A DNA stretch of 55,615 bases from a virus (Duplodnaviria; Caudoviricetes): positions 1 through 55,615 of the IMG/VR virus record IMGVR_UViG_3300028396_000009. One strand, written 5' to 3'. This document shows, piece after piece, positions 18,842 through 28,410 of this stretch (position 1 is its first letter; every line of letters starts with the position of its first letter). The position numbers were made by a program, and so were the translations under genes. Below the pieces are notes generated by a model. That model did no database searches, was not told where the DNA came from, and saw only the letters and a list, made by a program, of their open reading frames with translations.

Positions 18842-21253
18842 ATGGCCGCTGGAGCAGATACAGAAAACTTAGATTTCGAGTATACCTTTTACTACACTGT
18901 TAACGGTGCAACAGGTGTACAAACACTGTCTAGTTATGCTCTCGATAATTCACCACTCTTGTTTAAACCTACAGTGGGGGAAGATTGGCCTGATAACCTA
19001 TCTAATAAACGTATTGTTTGGGATTTCGGTGACGGTACTACTATGGAAGCTATTACCGGGAAGCATGTATATAAAACACCTGGACAGTATAAAGTAAGAA
19101 GCTATTTGTATGATAATGAAGGTAATGGGTATTTTAATACTTTCTCAGTAACAGTAAATATCTATGATTTCGTAGAAGATAAAATTGTATTAGATGTTGA
19201 TAAAAATACATGTTCCCTAGAGTATCTTGTTGGGGAGTTTAAAACCCCAATTAGTATAACTCAATTTAATTCTGCACGTACATTTGAACGTAACAATAGA
19301 CCGGTTCCAGTGCTAACTTATGCTGATTCAAAAAGTTTCGAACGTGAGTATGGCTTTTTTGAGTCTGGTCGGTCACAAGAGACATATGGTCACCTACTAC
19401 CTTCTCATAATTTTATTCAACGTATTAATAACGGTACAGATAGTATAGCTATAAGCGCAGTTAGGGTAGAGTCATATGATAATATATATGCAACCGCTAG
19501 CGGTGATGTGATTATACCAACATCCGAAAAGGTAAATGAGACCTCGATTTTTGCAGGTGTATCATCAACAAATGAAGTGTTCTTCAAGAGTGATATGCCA
19601 GGATTTTATAATTTATATTTTGGTTTTGAACAGGGTGATGTTTATGACTTCACTAACACAACTACATATGGTGTTTCAGCAAAAATATGTGATAATTTTG
19701 ATTACGATAGCTTATCTATAACTACAAACGGTATTGACGGTGATAATGTACCGATAGATACATTTAATATTAATTCTACAAAGTTTGGATGTACGGAAAT
19801 ATCTTTTGTAGTACAAGTAAAGGATAGTGAAAGGTTCTCTGTAAGGTCATTACCTCTTCTAATATTAAACATACGCCCGGAACAACCACTACTTACAGAA
19901 CGTGAGCCGCTTTCTGTATTAGATATTGAAAGTGAGATCTACCACTTAATAACTGAAGGTGATGATTATATACCTACAACGATGAGACTTACTGACGGGG
20001 TAACAGTGTATGAAGATGCAATTTTTGATTCTAGTTTTGCTAGTATGTCATCTACATTGTTACCTAGCTTTTATAACGCATATGCTGGAGGATTCTTAAA
20101 GGGTAATGTTAAAATTAATACAACCGAAGTATTAAAAGATGTCTGGCTTGAGGCAGAAATTACTATACCGGAAAACTTCGGTGAGCTTAAACTACCGCCG
20201 GAACTTGTAGGTAAAGTAGTAACAGGTAAGAGTAATAAGTTTGATATATACCCGAAAGATTATTACGTTGTCGCAAAGCAAGGTGAAGATATCGATTTTA
20301 AGGATATTTTCAAGGATGTCGCAATACAGCCGTTGTTTGCAGATACAAGAATGTTAATGAACGACTTTATTGGAAGTATTTTCGGTGATATAGATTCTGC
20401 ACAAGATTCACTTGGTAAGAGTACCTATGAAAAAATACAAAACTTCTTTGATAATAATGCAGTTATAGATTATGCTAATATAGATCAACTCGCGTCAATA
20501 TTACAATCTTACAATCTACCAAAAATTAACAAATATTCATTACCACCAAAGATTAAACGGTTGTTAGATTTGTTGTCTATTAGTCAAACTCGGTTGTTCG
20601 GTAATATAAACCAAAATAAAGACGACTTTAACTCCTTCGGTTACTTAAACACAGATAATTACGGTGTTGATAGATGTAAACCAATACCTAAAGATGGGGT
20701 TGTTTTTGCGGGGTATGAAATAGTTGCTTTTGAAAAATTTAGTGGTAAATGGACATCTCTCAATACAATGCTACCACTTTGTGCTAGTGATGCCCCGACT
20801 GTATCAAACTTTAGTATAAATCCCTTATCAAACGATGGGCTAACGTGTTTTGATTTAGCGTCATGTACACCACTTGCTACTGAAGACTTGACAACAATGT
20901 TAGTTGAGGGGGAATATTTCGAAATTTGTGTAAGTGGTAGTTATGTTGACGGTGATTTTTTCTCTACGTCGACTGTATACTACCAGCTGAGTGATTATAA
21001 TGAATCGTGGGGCTGGCCGTTAATATTAGACGCAGACGGTACATTATTTGATGTTTACGAGTTTTACTACAAACCTCAAAACCGCGAACAGAATATAGAA
21101 GGTTCTATTATTAATTTTAAAGATAATAACACTACTATTAATACTAGATATACACATACAGATTGGGTTAAGAAGAATGGTGTTATGTCAAATATTTTTG
21201 CAAATGCACTTTATGATGGGTTAGAATTGTTTGATTGTGACGAAGAGGACTAA
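18842..21253 (+). CDS. PKD-domain baseplate wedge protein (gp7-like position)
   Basis: PKD motif 'WDFGDGT...HVYKTPGQYKV'; follows gp6; helical segment 'IDYANIDQLASILQSY' resembles gp7/P2-gpI-type domains. Confidence 0.6.
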   Translation: MAAGADTENLDFEYTFYYTVNGATGVQTLSSYALDNSPLLFKPTVGEDWPDNLSNKRIVWDFGDGTTMEAITGKHVYKTPGQYKVRSYLYDNEGNGYFNTFSVTVNIYDFVEDKIVLDVDKNTCSLEYLVGEFKTPISITQFNSARTFERNNRPVPVLTYADSKSFEREYGFFESGRSQETYGHLLPSHNFIQRINNGTDSIAISAVRVESYDNIYATASGDVIIPTSEKVNETSIFAGVSSTNEVFFKSDMPGFYNLYFGFEQGDVYDFTNTTTYGVSAKICDNFDYDSLSITTNGIDGDNVPIDTFNINSTKFGCTEISFVVQVKDSERFSVRSLPLLILNIRPEQPLLTEREPLSVLDIESEIYHLITEGDDYIPTTMRLTDGVTVYEDAIFDSSFASMSSTLLPSFYNAYAGGFLKGNVKINTTEVLKDVWLEAEITIPENFGELKLPPELVGKVVTGKSNKFDIYPKDYYVVAKQGEDIDFKDIFKDVAIQPLFADTRMLMNDFIGSIFGDIDSAQDSLGKSTYEKIQNFFDNNAVIDYANIDQLASILQSYNLPKINKYSLPPKIKRLLDLLSISQTRLFGNINQNKDDFNSFGYLNTDNYGVDRCKPIPKDGVVFAGYEIVAFEKFSGKWTSLNTMLPLCASDAPTVSNFSINPLSNDGLTCFDLASCTPLATEDLTTMLVEGEYFEICVSGSYVDGDFFSTSTVYYQLSDYNESWGWPLILDADGTLFDVYEFYYKPQNREQNIEGSIINFKDNNTTINTRYTHTDWVKKNGVMSNIFANALYDGLELFDCDEED

Positions 21254-21264
21254 ATAATTTACAT

Positions 21265-22014
21265 ATGGAACAGCCTTTACCCATACCTAAACCAATCAAT
21301 AGACCGATAATCTGTACAGCTCCAACAATTCCTGCTGCGATTGATTTACGTAAAGAAGTACTAACTACAGGACCGTATACTGTAGGTAATGATATAATAT
21401 ATCAGCTTACTGTTACTAATACAGGTGGAACAAACTTAAAAGATGCAGTAATCACAGACTCCTTATCATCTATTAGTGTACTCGAAGACCCATTAGGGTT
21501 AATGAGCCCCGGTGGTGCGTGTATCGATGCAAAGTGGACTACAGAAATTTTCTATAGCTATAAAGTGGTCGAGACGGATATTGATGTTGGTGAAATAACC
21601 AACACTGCTTGCCTTTCATCACCACTATTAGAAGTTTGTGATGAAGCGAGTGTAAATGATCTTGTTACACCACCAGGTTTAGAGTTATCTCAAACTTATA
21701 CACTACCGAGTGTTATCAATGCAGGTTCGATAGTTAATTATCAAACAGTTATCAACAACCCAGGTGAATCAGATCTTCTAGTAAAGCTAACTGAAAGTCT
21801 ACCAGAGTTAGAAAATCAAAATAGTGCAGCGGCTAGCTTATTAACAGAGTTTACGACAATACCTGCAGGGGAGTCTTTTACTGCCACATATGATTATATT
21901 ATTACTTCAATTGACTTACAAAATAATAAAATTGAAAATACTGTTTGTGCTATACCAGCTGTTACAATGACTACCTTAACTACAGTTTGTGTTAATACGG
22001 AAATAACATTGTAA
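21265..22014 (+). CDS. Virion protein with two DUF11/Ig-like repeats
   Basis: 'VGNDIIYQLTVTNTGGTNLKDAVITDSL' and 'AGSIVNYQTVINNPG...YDYIITSIDL...IENT'. Confidence 0.7.
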   Translation: MEQPLPIPKPINRPIICTAPTIPAAIDLRKEVLTTGPYTVGNDIIYQLTVTNTGGTNLKDAVITDSLSSISVLEDPLGLMSPGGACIDAKWTTEIFYSYKVVETDIDVGEITNTACLSSPLLEVCDEASVNDLVTPPGLELSQTYTLPSVINAGSIVNYQTVINNPGESDLLVKLTESLPELENQNSAAASLLTEFTTIPAGESFTATYDYIITSIDLQNNKIENTVCAIPAVTMTTLTTVCVNTEITL

Positions 22015-22066
22015 TAGCTATTATTTTTATTGAAAACTACATCTTTGTAATAAATATAATCATACA

Positions 22067-22729
22067 ATGCCAACCAATCTAACAAACAGCAATATAAGTG
22101 AGACATATCAAGGTGTACTTCATGCAAATGGTGAGCTACCACCTTCTGGTCAAGCTCAAATTTATGATGGTGTCGGTAATAAATCCGCGATTACTCTAGG
22201 TCAGGAAGATGGTGGGATTACAATTACAGGTAACCTTAATGTTGAAGGTTCAATTAACGGTAATTCTATAACAGGTAATACTATTAGTGGTGGCGGGTTT
22301 AGTAAGTCACAAGAAATAATCGATCTTGTTTATCCTGTTGGTTCGGTTTATATTTCTATAGATGCTGCTAATCCAGACGATAGATTTCTCGGCGCCAATA
22401 CAACATGGGTAAGAGTAGCTGAAGGTAAGTTTATTGCAGGTGTGGGTACAGGCACTGATGAAAAAAGTGAAACCGAGACAATTGAAGAAGGTGATACTGG
22501 TAAGGGTGAATACGACGTTACTTTAGACATATCGCAAATACCGGCACATACACACGGTGGCGTGATGCGGTACGAGCAAAGTGGTGGAGCTCTAACAGAG
22601 CAAAATCAATCTGGAAGGCCAGAAGATTACTCGTCATACGGTCGAAATACCAATGCAACCGGTGGTGGCTCGTCACATACAAACATCCCACCTTATATGG
22701 GTATGTATATATGGAAAAGAACAAACTAA
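22067..22729 (+). CDS. Baseplate/short fibre protein with gp10-C-like domain
   Basis: 'YPVGSVYIS...W...GKFIAG...IPAHTH...HTNIPPY..YIWKRT'. Confidence 0.7.
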   Translation: MPTNLTNSNISETYQGVLHANGELPPSGQAQIYDGVGNKSAITLGQEDGGITITGNLNVEGSINGNSITGNTISGGGFSKSQEIIDLVYPVGSVYISIDAANPDDRFLGANTTWVRVAEGKFIAGVGTGTDEKSETETIEEGDTGKGEYDVTLDISQIPAHTHGGVMRYEQSGGALTEQNQSGRPEDYSSYGRNTNATGGGSSHTNIPPYMGMYIWKRTN

Positions 22730-22738
22730 TTAAATAAT

Positions 22739-23809
22739 ATGCCAGATATAGACATTGTAAAGCTTCAAATTAGAAGAGGTCCAGATGAGCAGAGAAAACT
22801 TGTTGTTCTACAGCAAGGTGAACTCGGTTATAGTACTGATTATAAGCGTTTGTGGATAGGTGACGGTCAAACAACTGGTGGTACAGTCATCGGTAATAGA
22901 GCCTACCCCAAAGATCAAAATAGAACAAGTATAGGTAGTGCGGTACGTGGTGATATTGTCTATAATAATAACAAACTTTATCAACTGGCATCAAATGAAC
23001 CGTCTGTTGAAGCAGACTGGAAATTTATTGGTACGGAAGTTACACCTACAATTTTTAAATACAATACTTCTAATCGGCTGGACTTAGTAGACGGTGGAAT
23101 ACGTGCTTCAAAATTTAGTAGTAGTGTTGTTAATAATACAAGCGGTTTAAAGCTTGATAGTACAACGGGGTTATCTCTTAATGTAGATGATAGTACAATT
23201 GAATTAGTTAGTAACAAGCTATCAATTAAAACAGATAGTATTGATGAAACACATGTAAAAGATAGCATATGTGGTGACGGGCTTATTGGTGGTAGTGGTA
23301 CAAGTATTAAAATACGTACAACGGATAACTTTGATTTTGTTAATGGTAGTCTAGACCTCGTATCTCTACCACCAAATGTAGTTAAAGCTAATACCATTGA
23401 TGATACTATATTTGGTACTGGTATTGGTTTTAATAACGACGGTACTCAGATTGAGACTACTTTTAAGACTGTTGATAGCACGCTTGAACTCGATACAGTG
23501 TTAGGTGTAGTTGGTTTAGCTACAGTTTCAACTGTTAATGCATCTGCGTTTGACAAGTTAGCGTTTGACCAGTACGGTAGAGCCCTTTCAAGTACTTCAA
23601 GTTTACAACCACCGCTTTGCGCTGAATCAACAACGTCATCACCTCTAAGCGTGTTTAACGGTGATATTAATCAAACAGCGTATACAAGTCAGTCTATCAT
23701 AGACGTTTATAATGGAACTGAAACTATTAGCCTAACATCTGCTGGATTTATTCAGGTTGATGTTGGTGGGTCAACCGGAACTGTTGCAATTCCTATATTT
23801 AAACCATAA
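22739..23809 (+). CDS. Tail fibre-associated protein with Mtd-N-like N-terminal domain
   Basis: 'QIRRG....LQQGELGYSTDYKRLWIGDG', followed by beta-rich repeats. Confidence 0.6.
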   Translation: MPDIDIVKLQIRRGPDEQRKLVVLQQGELGYSTDYKRLWIGDGQTTGGTVIGNRAYPKDQNRTSIGSAVRGDIVYNNNKLYQLASNEPSVEADWKFIGTEVTPTIFKYNTSNRLDLVDGGIRASKFSSSVVNNTSGLKLDSTTGLSLNVDDSTIELVSNKLSIKTDSIDETHVKDSICGDGLIGGSGTSIKIRTTDNFDFVNGSLDLVSLPPNVVKANTIDDTIFGTGIGFNNDGTQIETTFKTVDSTLELDTVLGVVGLATVSTVNASAFDKLAFDQYGRALSSTSSLQPPLCAESTTSSPLSVFNGDINQTAYTSQSIIDVYNGTETISLTSAGFIQVDVGGSTGTVAIPIFKP

Positions 23810-23823
23810 AAACATACTAAGTC

Positions 23824-26800
23824 ATGGCAAAAAAAATCGAAATACTAGAAAATACTCTACTCAAGCTCCTCGTTAGACGTGGAACTGATGCGGATAGAAA
23901 GCAAATTATACTATCTGAAGGTGAGTTAGGATACGCAACAGATACTGAACGTCTATATATTGGTAACGGTAGTGACGCTGGTGGTATTATAACTGGTAAT
24001 AAGTTTTTAGGTAGTTATAGTACATCTGACTTTCTTACAATAACTGAAGCTACTTCAGGTGACTTAGCGTACGATATAGATAGAAAGGCGCTATACGCAA
24101 GTAAAGGTAATGGCGAGTGGGATAGAATTAGTACTAGTACCGATGCTGGTGATTTTAGAACTGTTGTTGATGCAGGTGATGTTGAACCAACGGCATTAGG
24201 TGACGGGTTAGTGTTAGATGGTAACTTACGTGTTGCTGTTGATTGTAATGGTGTTAAAACAAACCAAGTCTCAACTTGCAATAGCAACTATCTTAAGTTA
24301 CCACAACAATTACAACTTGGTAATAAAGTATCTCAACAGGTTAAGTTTCCAGATGGTAGGGGTCAAGTTGGTCAATACTTACAAACCGACGGTACAGGAA
24401 ATTTAAAATGGGCCTTTTCTGAAGCATCTACTAGTTTCTTATATAATACACAAAACGGACCAGTTCCGGTTGGTAGTATAATGCCCTTTACCTCAAATAC
24501 TAACCTACCAACAGGCTGGTTGTTATGTGACGGTAGTGAAGTTTTAAAGGCAGATTATCCCGATCTTTCAGGTGTTCTAGGTGATTCATACGGCGCTGCA
24601 AGTAACGCAGATTACTTTAAACTACCTAACTATCTTAATAAAGCACTTTACGGTGTTGATGACTCACCAGGTGGCTCAACTGTCTATGACATTGGTAGTG
24701 AAGGTACTTCTGGTGTGAGTTTTGGTACTGTTTGGCAAAACGTGCCTAGAGAATTTGGTCAGGTAGATTTAACAGCAAATACATTTAATAGTGTAGGTAA
24801 AACTTATATCAACGATACTGGCTATTATTTAGGTGTAACGGCGAGTATATACAGGAACAGTCAAGATGCAGCTGTATTAGAAGTAGTCTTTGGAGATGTT
24901 AACACTACTAACCCTTCTGCTAATACCTTTATCAGGTTAGCTCATGCGACAAATTCTGGGGGAGGTGTACTGGGTTCAGGATTTACTATTGTACCACCTG
25001 GTGAGAAATATACCTTCTTTAATAATAGAGATGGCGGTAGGGCCTTAACTGGAATAACATCTATGAATGTAGCTGAGCTACGAGGACCTGCTGGAGGTGC
25101 AACTTTCTCTGGCGTTGCTGAAGGTACAAATATAAGTGGTAAAACATATGATACAGGTTGGATTAGTTCAGGTACTAATAACGTTACCGTTGGTAATAGC
25201 AATACTATTGAGATTGAACACAACTTAAATAGTACATCTTTATCTGTTGATGTGTTTGTCGCGGATACAGCGTCAGGAGAGGGTGCTACTCTAGTTAGTG
25301 ATATTATTTTAGATAATAGTGGTTCTGTTTATGGTGCACAAGTACAAAATATACGAGATACAAAGCTAGACGTTGTACTTGGTAACGGTGGTTGGGTAAA
25401 AGCAGGTACTAGTACTACTGGTTATACAGCACCCAGTTTTACAGGTAAATATATTAGAGTTGTAGTACAGGGACCAAGTAACAATGTATCAGAATCAGGT
25501 ACGTTAACAGATTCGTTTACCGTTGGAAAGTATAGTGTAGAGGGTAAGTATACAGTAGATTTACCACCAACATGGACGGGAGGTAAGCCTGATCACGTTA
25601 GCGGTATTTTAAGAGGTGACAAGCTTACCACAGCTTACAATTCCTGGATTCAGATAGTAAGCTATACAGATACACAAGTAACATTCTTTATTCAATCATC
25701 GGAAAATGGTAACTTACCGGATGATACATATGTAGATTTCTTACTTATAAAGAACAATGGTATAGTAAGTAGCTCCGATACTCTTGCGCAGTTAAGCGTT
25801 AGTGTAGCGCAAGGTAGGCAAGCGACAGCCGAAGAGATGGGTACTACCTCTGCAACCACTGGTTACCAGTACGTTGACCTAAATAACCCGAACGATTTAG
25901 ACGTAGGTAATAACCCAGGAGCTGATTTTCAAGTATTAGCTTCAGATGGTAAGTTCGACCCAAGTGGGGGACCTATAACTTTACAAGCATCATACGCAAG
26001 GCATAGTTATAATACAGGTACAAATTATGGTGGCGCTATCGATCAATGCATGTGTTACGTGTATAAAGATAACGTTGATGGTGATCCAACAAAAATTATT
26101 GTTTACTGTACAAACTCACCTGAAGATGCTAATGGTAGATTTCCTGCATACTTCAACCTCACTGCAGTGCAACACGCTACAACTACTAAGTCAGAGATAG
26201 CCAATGTCCAAGATATAATGTATGTCGGTACCTCGCCACGTGTAGCAAACGGTGCATGGGGTACTACTAATCCTATACCGGCGGGTACCTGGTTAGTAGA
26301 GCTTTCTTGGCAAGAAAATAACGCGTACGACGGTGTTAATTTAGATGAAGATGTTAGGTCACATATAGCTAAGAAGTATACTGTACCAGATGGTAAATAT
26401 CTATATTTTGCACATAAAGACTCACGCGCTTTTTACACTATTTCTGATTCTAGTACTGCACCGGCTGATCCTAGTCAAGGTGGTGTCTGGACGCAGCTAA
26501 CAGCAAATAATATACTTGAGAGTGAAGGTCGTATAGGTACTGATAGCCAAGATACAGCCATTTGTTACGGTAGTGCTACTAAACTAGGTACATTTAGTGA
26601 CGTTTCAACAGGTTCCGGTAACACTGTTTCAAGCTCTCTTAGTGCTGAAGGTGCGTTATTTATTATTAAAGCTGTAAAGGATGAACTCCTTGACCCAAAA
26701 CTTACTGTTAATTTTCCAATTACAGCAACAGTAGACGGTCAACCTATAACATCAGGTGCTGAGTTTAACCCCTTATTAGGTGACGTAGAGTTAGGCGTAG

Positions 26801-27360
26801 TACAAGAAGTTGCAGCTGTACCACCTGGCATAGAAGTGTTTGATACTGCTGGTACGTATACCTTCACAACAAAGAAGCAGTATACAAAGTTTTACGTAAC
26901 TGGTAGTGGTAGTACAGGTGGCATCTATACCGGTTCTAACGCAGCTACTATTATAGGTTATTTAAATTTACCCATAGGCACTGTAATTGATTTAACAGTA
27001 GGTGCAGGTATTCCGGCTGGATCCTTTTTGACTAGTGGTAAAAAGTCACAGATAACATATAGCGGAACTTTACTAGTTAAGTCAGAAGGAGCAATAGGTG
27101 GCGTTGCATACAATGCTAGCAATGCAATAAACACAGGAACTCTTAATACCACTTACACCGTTGGTGGTAATCAAGTGGTTGATCAAAACAGCTTTATCAT
27201 TAAAGGTGGAGCCGGTGTAGATACGAACGGTGGTGATGAAGAGTCAGTCGGACCAGCTAGTTTCTGGGGATCTTGGCCTGCACCAGGTGCTGGAGCGCTT
27301 GGCGATGAGGACAATACAACACCCACATCTGATGGTATAGTAATGTTCGAATGGACCTAA
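23824..27360 (+). CDS. Long tail fibre protein (Mtd-N-like domain, tail collar, glycine-rich C-terminus)
   Basis: 'VRRGT...EGELGYATDTERLYIGNG'; 'GQYLQTDGTGNLKW'; collar 'PVGSIMPF...PTGWLLCDGS...YPDL'; C-term 'FDTAGTYTFT...DGIVMFEW'. Confidence 0.8.
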   Translation: MAKKIEILENTLLKLLVRRGTDADRKQIILSEGELGYATDTERLYIGNGSDAGGIITGNKFLGSYSTSDFLTITEATSGDLAYDIDRKALYASKGNGEWDRISTSTDAGDFRTVVDAGDVEPTALGDGLVLDGNLRVAVDCNGVKTNQVSTCNSNYLKLPQQLQLGNKVSQQVKFPDGRGQVGQYLQTDGTGNLKWAFSEASTSFLYNTQNGPVPVGSIMPFTSNTNLPTGWLLCDGSEVLKADYPDLSGVLGDSYGAASNADYFKLPNYLNKALYGVDDSPGGSTVYDIGSEGTSGVSFGTVWQNVPREFGQVDLTANTFNSVGKTYINDTGYYLGVTASIYRNSQDAAVLEVVFGDVNTTNPSANTFIRLAHATNSGGGVLGSGFTIVPPGEKYTFFNNRDGGRALTGITSMNVAELRGPAGGATFSGVAEGTNISGKTYDTGWISSGTNNVTVGNSNTIEIEHNLNSTSLSVDVFVADTASGEGATLVSDIILDNSGSVYGAQVQNIRDTKLDVVLGNGGWVKAGTSTTGYTAPSFTGKYIRVVVQGPSNNVSESGTLTDSFTVGKYSVEGKYTVDLPPTWTGGKPDHVSGILRGDKLTTAYNSWIQIVSYTDTQVTFFIQSSENGNLPDDTYVDFLLIKNNGIVSSSDTLAQLSVSVAQGRQATAEEMGTTSATTGYQYVDLNNPNDLDVGNNPGADFQVLASDGKFDPSGGPITLQASYARHSYNTGTNYGGAIDQCMCYVYKDNVDGDPTKIIVYCTNSPEDANGRFPAYFNLTAVQHATTTKSEIANVQDIMYVGTSPRVANGAWGTTNPIPAGTWLVELSWQENNAYDGVNLDEDVRSHIAKKYTVPDGKYLYFAHKDSRAFYTISDSSTAPADPSQGGVWTQLTANNILESEGRIGTDSQDTAICYGSATKLGTFSDVSTGSGNTVSSSLSAEGALFIIKAVKDELLDPKLTVNFPITATVDGQPITSGAEFNPLLGDVELGVVQEVAAVPPGIEVFDTAGTYTFTTKKQYTKFYVTGSGSTGGIYTGSNAATIIGYLNLPIGTVIDLTVGAGIPAGSFLTSGKKSQITYSGTLLVKSEGAIGGVAYNASNAINTGTLNTTYTVGGNQVVDQNSFIIKGGAGVDTNGGDEESVGPASFWGSWPAPGAGALGDEDNTTPTSDGIVMFEWT

Positions 27361-27407
27361 TATATCTAGTAAGATAGCCTTATATTGCTAGTTTATTATG
27401 CTAATAG

Positions 27408-27415
27408 TATAAATA
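27408..27415 (+). promoter_or_regulatory. T4 late promoter TATAAATA
   Basis: 5 nt before ATG 27421. Confidence 0.75.
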
Positions 27416-27420
27416 TATGT

Positions 27421-28359
27421 ATGGTAAAAGATTTTCCTGATAATCCAGACGTTGGTGATATTTTTGAAACATGGCAATGGAGCGGTTCAAGCTGGCAATC
27501 TATAGCAGGTGCAGGTGGTCGTGTATCTATTACCACACAACCAACTCCACCAGTCGAAAAGTATGAGGGTGACTTATGGTTTAACACAGAAATAGGCTCA
27601 CTATTTGTATATTATGATGATAATACTTCTGCTCAATGGGTTGATGTATCGAGTGATTCATCAGGTGGTAGTAATGACGGTTTAGTAACTGTTGCTGATG
27701 TAGCTCCTGTTAATTCCAGTACTGGTGATCTTTGGTTTAACTCTTCAACGGGTATTACATCAGTTTTTTACGATCAGTTTTGGATTGACATGGGAGGCGG
27801 TGATGGTAGTGGTCCTATAGTAGTATCTAATAGTGCTCCACAAAGTCCGGTTATAGGTACCTTATGGTTTGATACAGAAACAGGTGTTACAAGTGTATTT
27901 TACGATAATACATGGATTGATATCGGTGGTTCAGGTCAGACAATAACTACAACTGAAATTTCAATACAAGCAGCTTACCCTGTTGGTTCAATATATATGA
28001 ATGCTTCAGACAGCACTTCACCAAAGATTTTGCTCGGGTTTGGAGAATGGGTGGAATTTGGAAGCGGCAGAATGCCTATAGGATTTGATTCAACCGATGG
28101 TGATTTTGACAGTAGCGAGGAAACTGGTGGTACAAAGACACATGTGTTAACGGAAGATGAAATGCCAAGTCATACTCACGCAGTAAATACAGGTGGTGTA
28201 TCTGCTGGAAGCGTTGGTTCAGCACAGGGGGGTAACCACGCAGAAGGGGGTAGTGCTGGAAGCAGACGTGGCGGTACTGCACAAGCTACTGGAGGTGATC
28301 AGCCACACAATAATATGCCACCTTATATTGTCGTTTACATGTGGAAGCGGACTTCATAA
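27421..28359 (+). CDS. Fibre/baseplate protein: three 'GDLWF' repeats plus gp10-C-like domain
   Basis: Repeats 'P...GDLWFN...YY.D..W.D' x3; C-term 'YPVGSIYM...HNNMPPYIVVYMWKRT'. Start moved from 27385 to ATG 27421 on the basis of the promoter. Confidence 0.7.
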   Translation: MVKDFPDNPDVGDIFETWQWSGSSWQSIAGAGGRVSITTQPTPPVEKYEGDLWFNTEIGSLFVYYDDNTSAQWVDVSSDSSGGSNDGLVTVADVAPVNSSTGDLWFNSSTGITSVFYDQFWIDMGGGDGSGPIVVSNSAPQSPVIGTLWFDTETGVTSVFYDNTWIDIGGSGQTITTTEISIQAAYPVGSIYMNASDSTSPKILLGFGEWVEFGSGRMPIGFDSTDGDFDSSEETGGTKTHVLTEDEMPSHTHAVNTGGVSAGSVGSAQGGNHAEGGSAGSRRGGTAQATGGDQPHNNMPPYIVVYMWKRTS

Positions 28360-28397
28360 TTACTATAAAAGTTTAAGCAGATAAACCAAAAATATTG

Positions 28398-28405
28398 TAT
28401 AAATA
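28398..28405 (+). promoter_or_regulatory. T4 late promoter TATAAATA
   Basis: 5 nt before ATG 28411. Confidence 0.75.
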
Positions 28406-28410
28406 ATATT

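Noticed and set aside
1012-21253. Bacterial contractile injection system or T6SS rather than a phage
   Set aside because: Terminase, T4-type replisome genes, late promoters and a homing endonuclease indicate a lytic T4-like phage.
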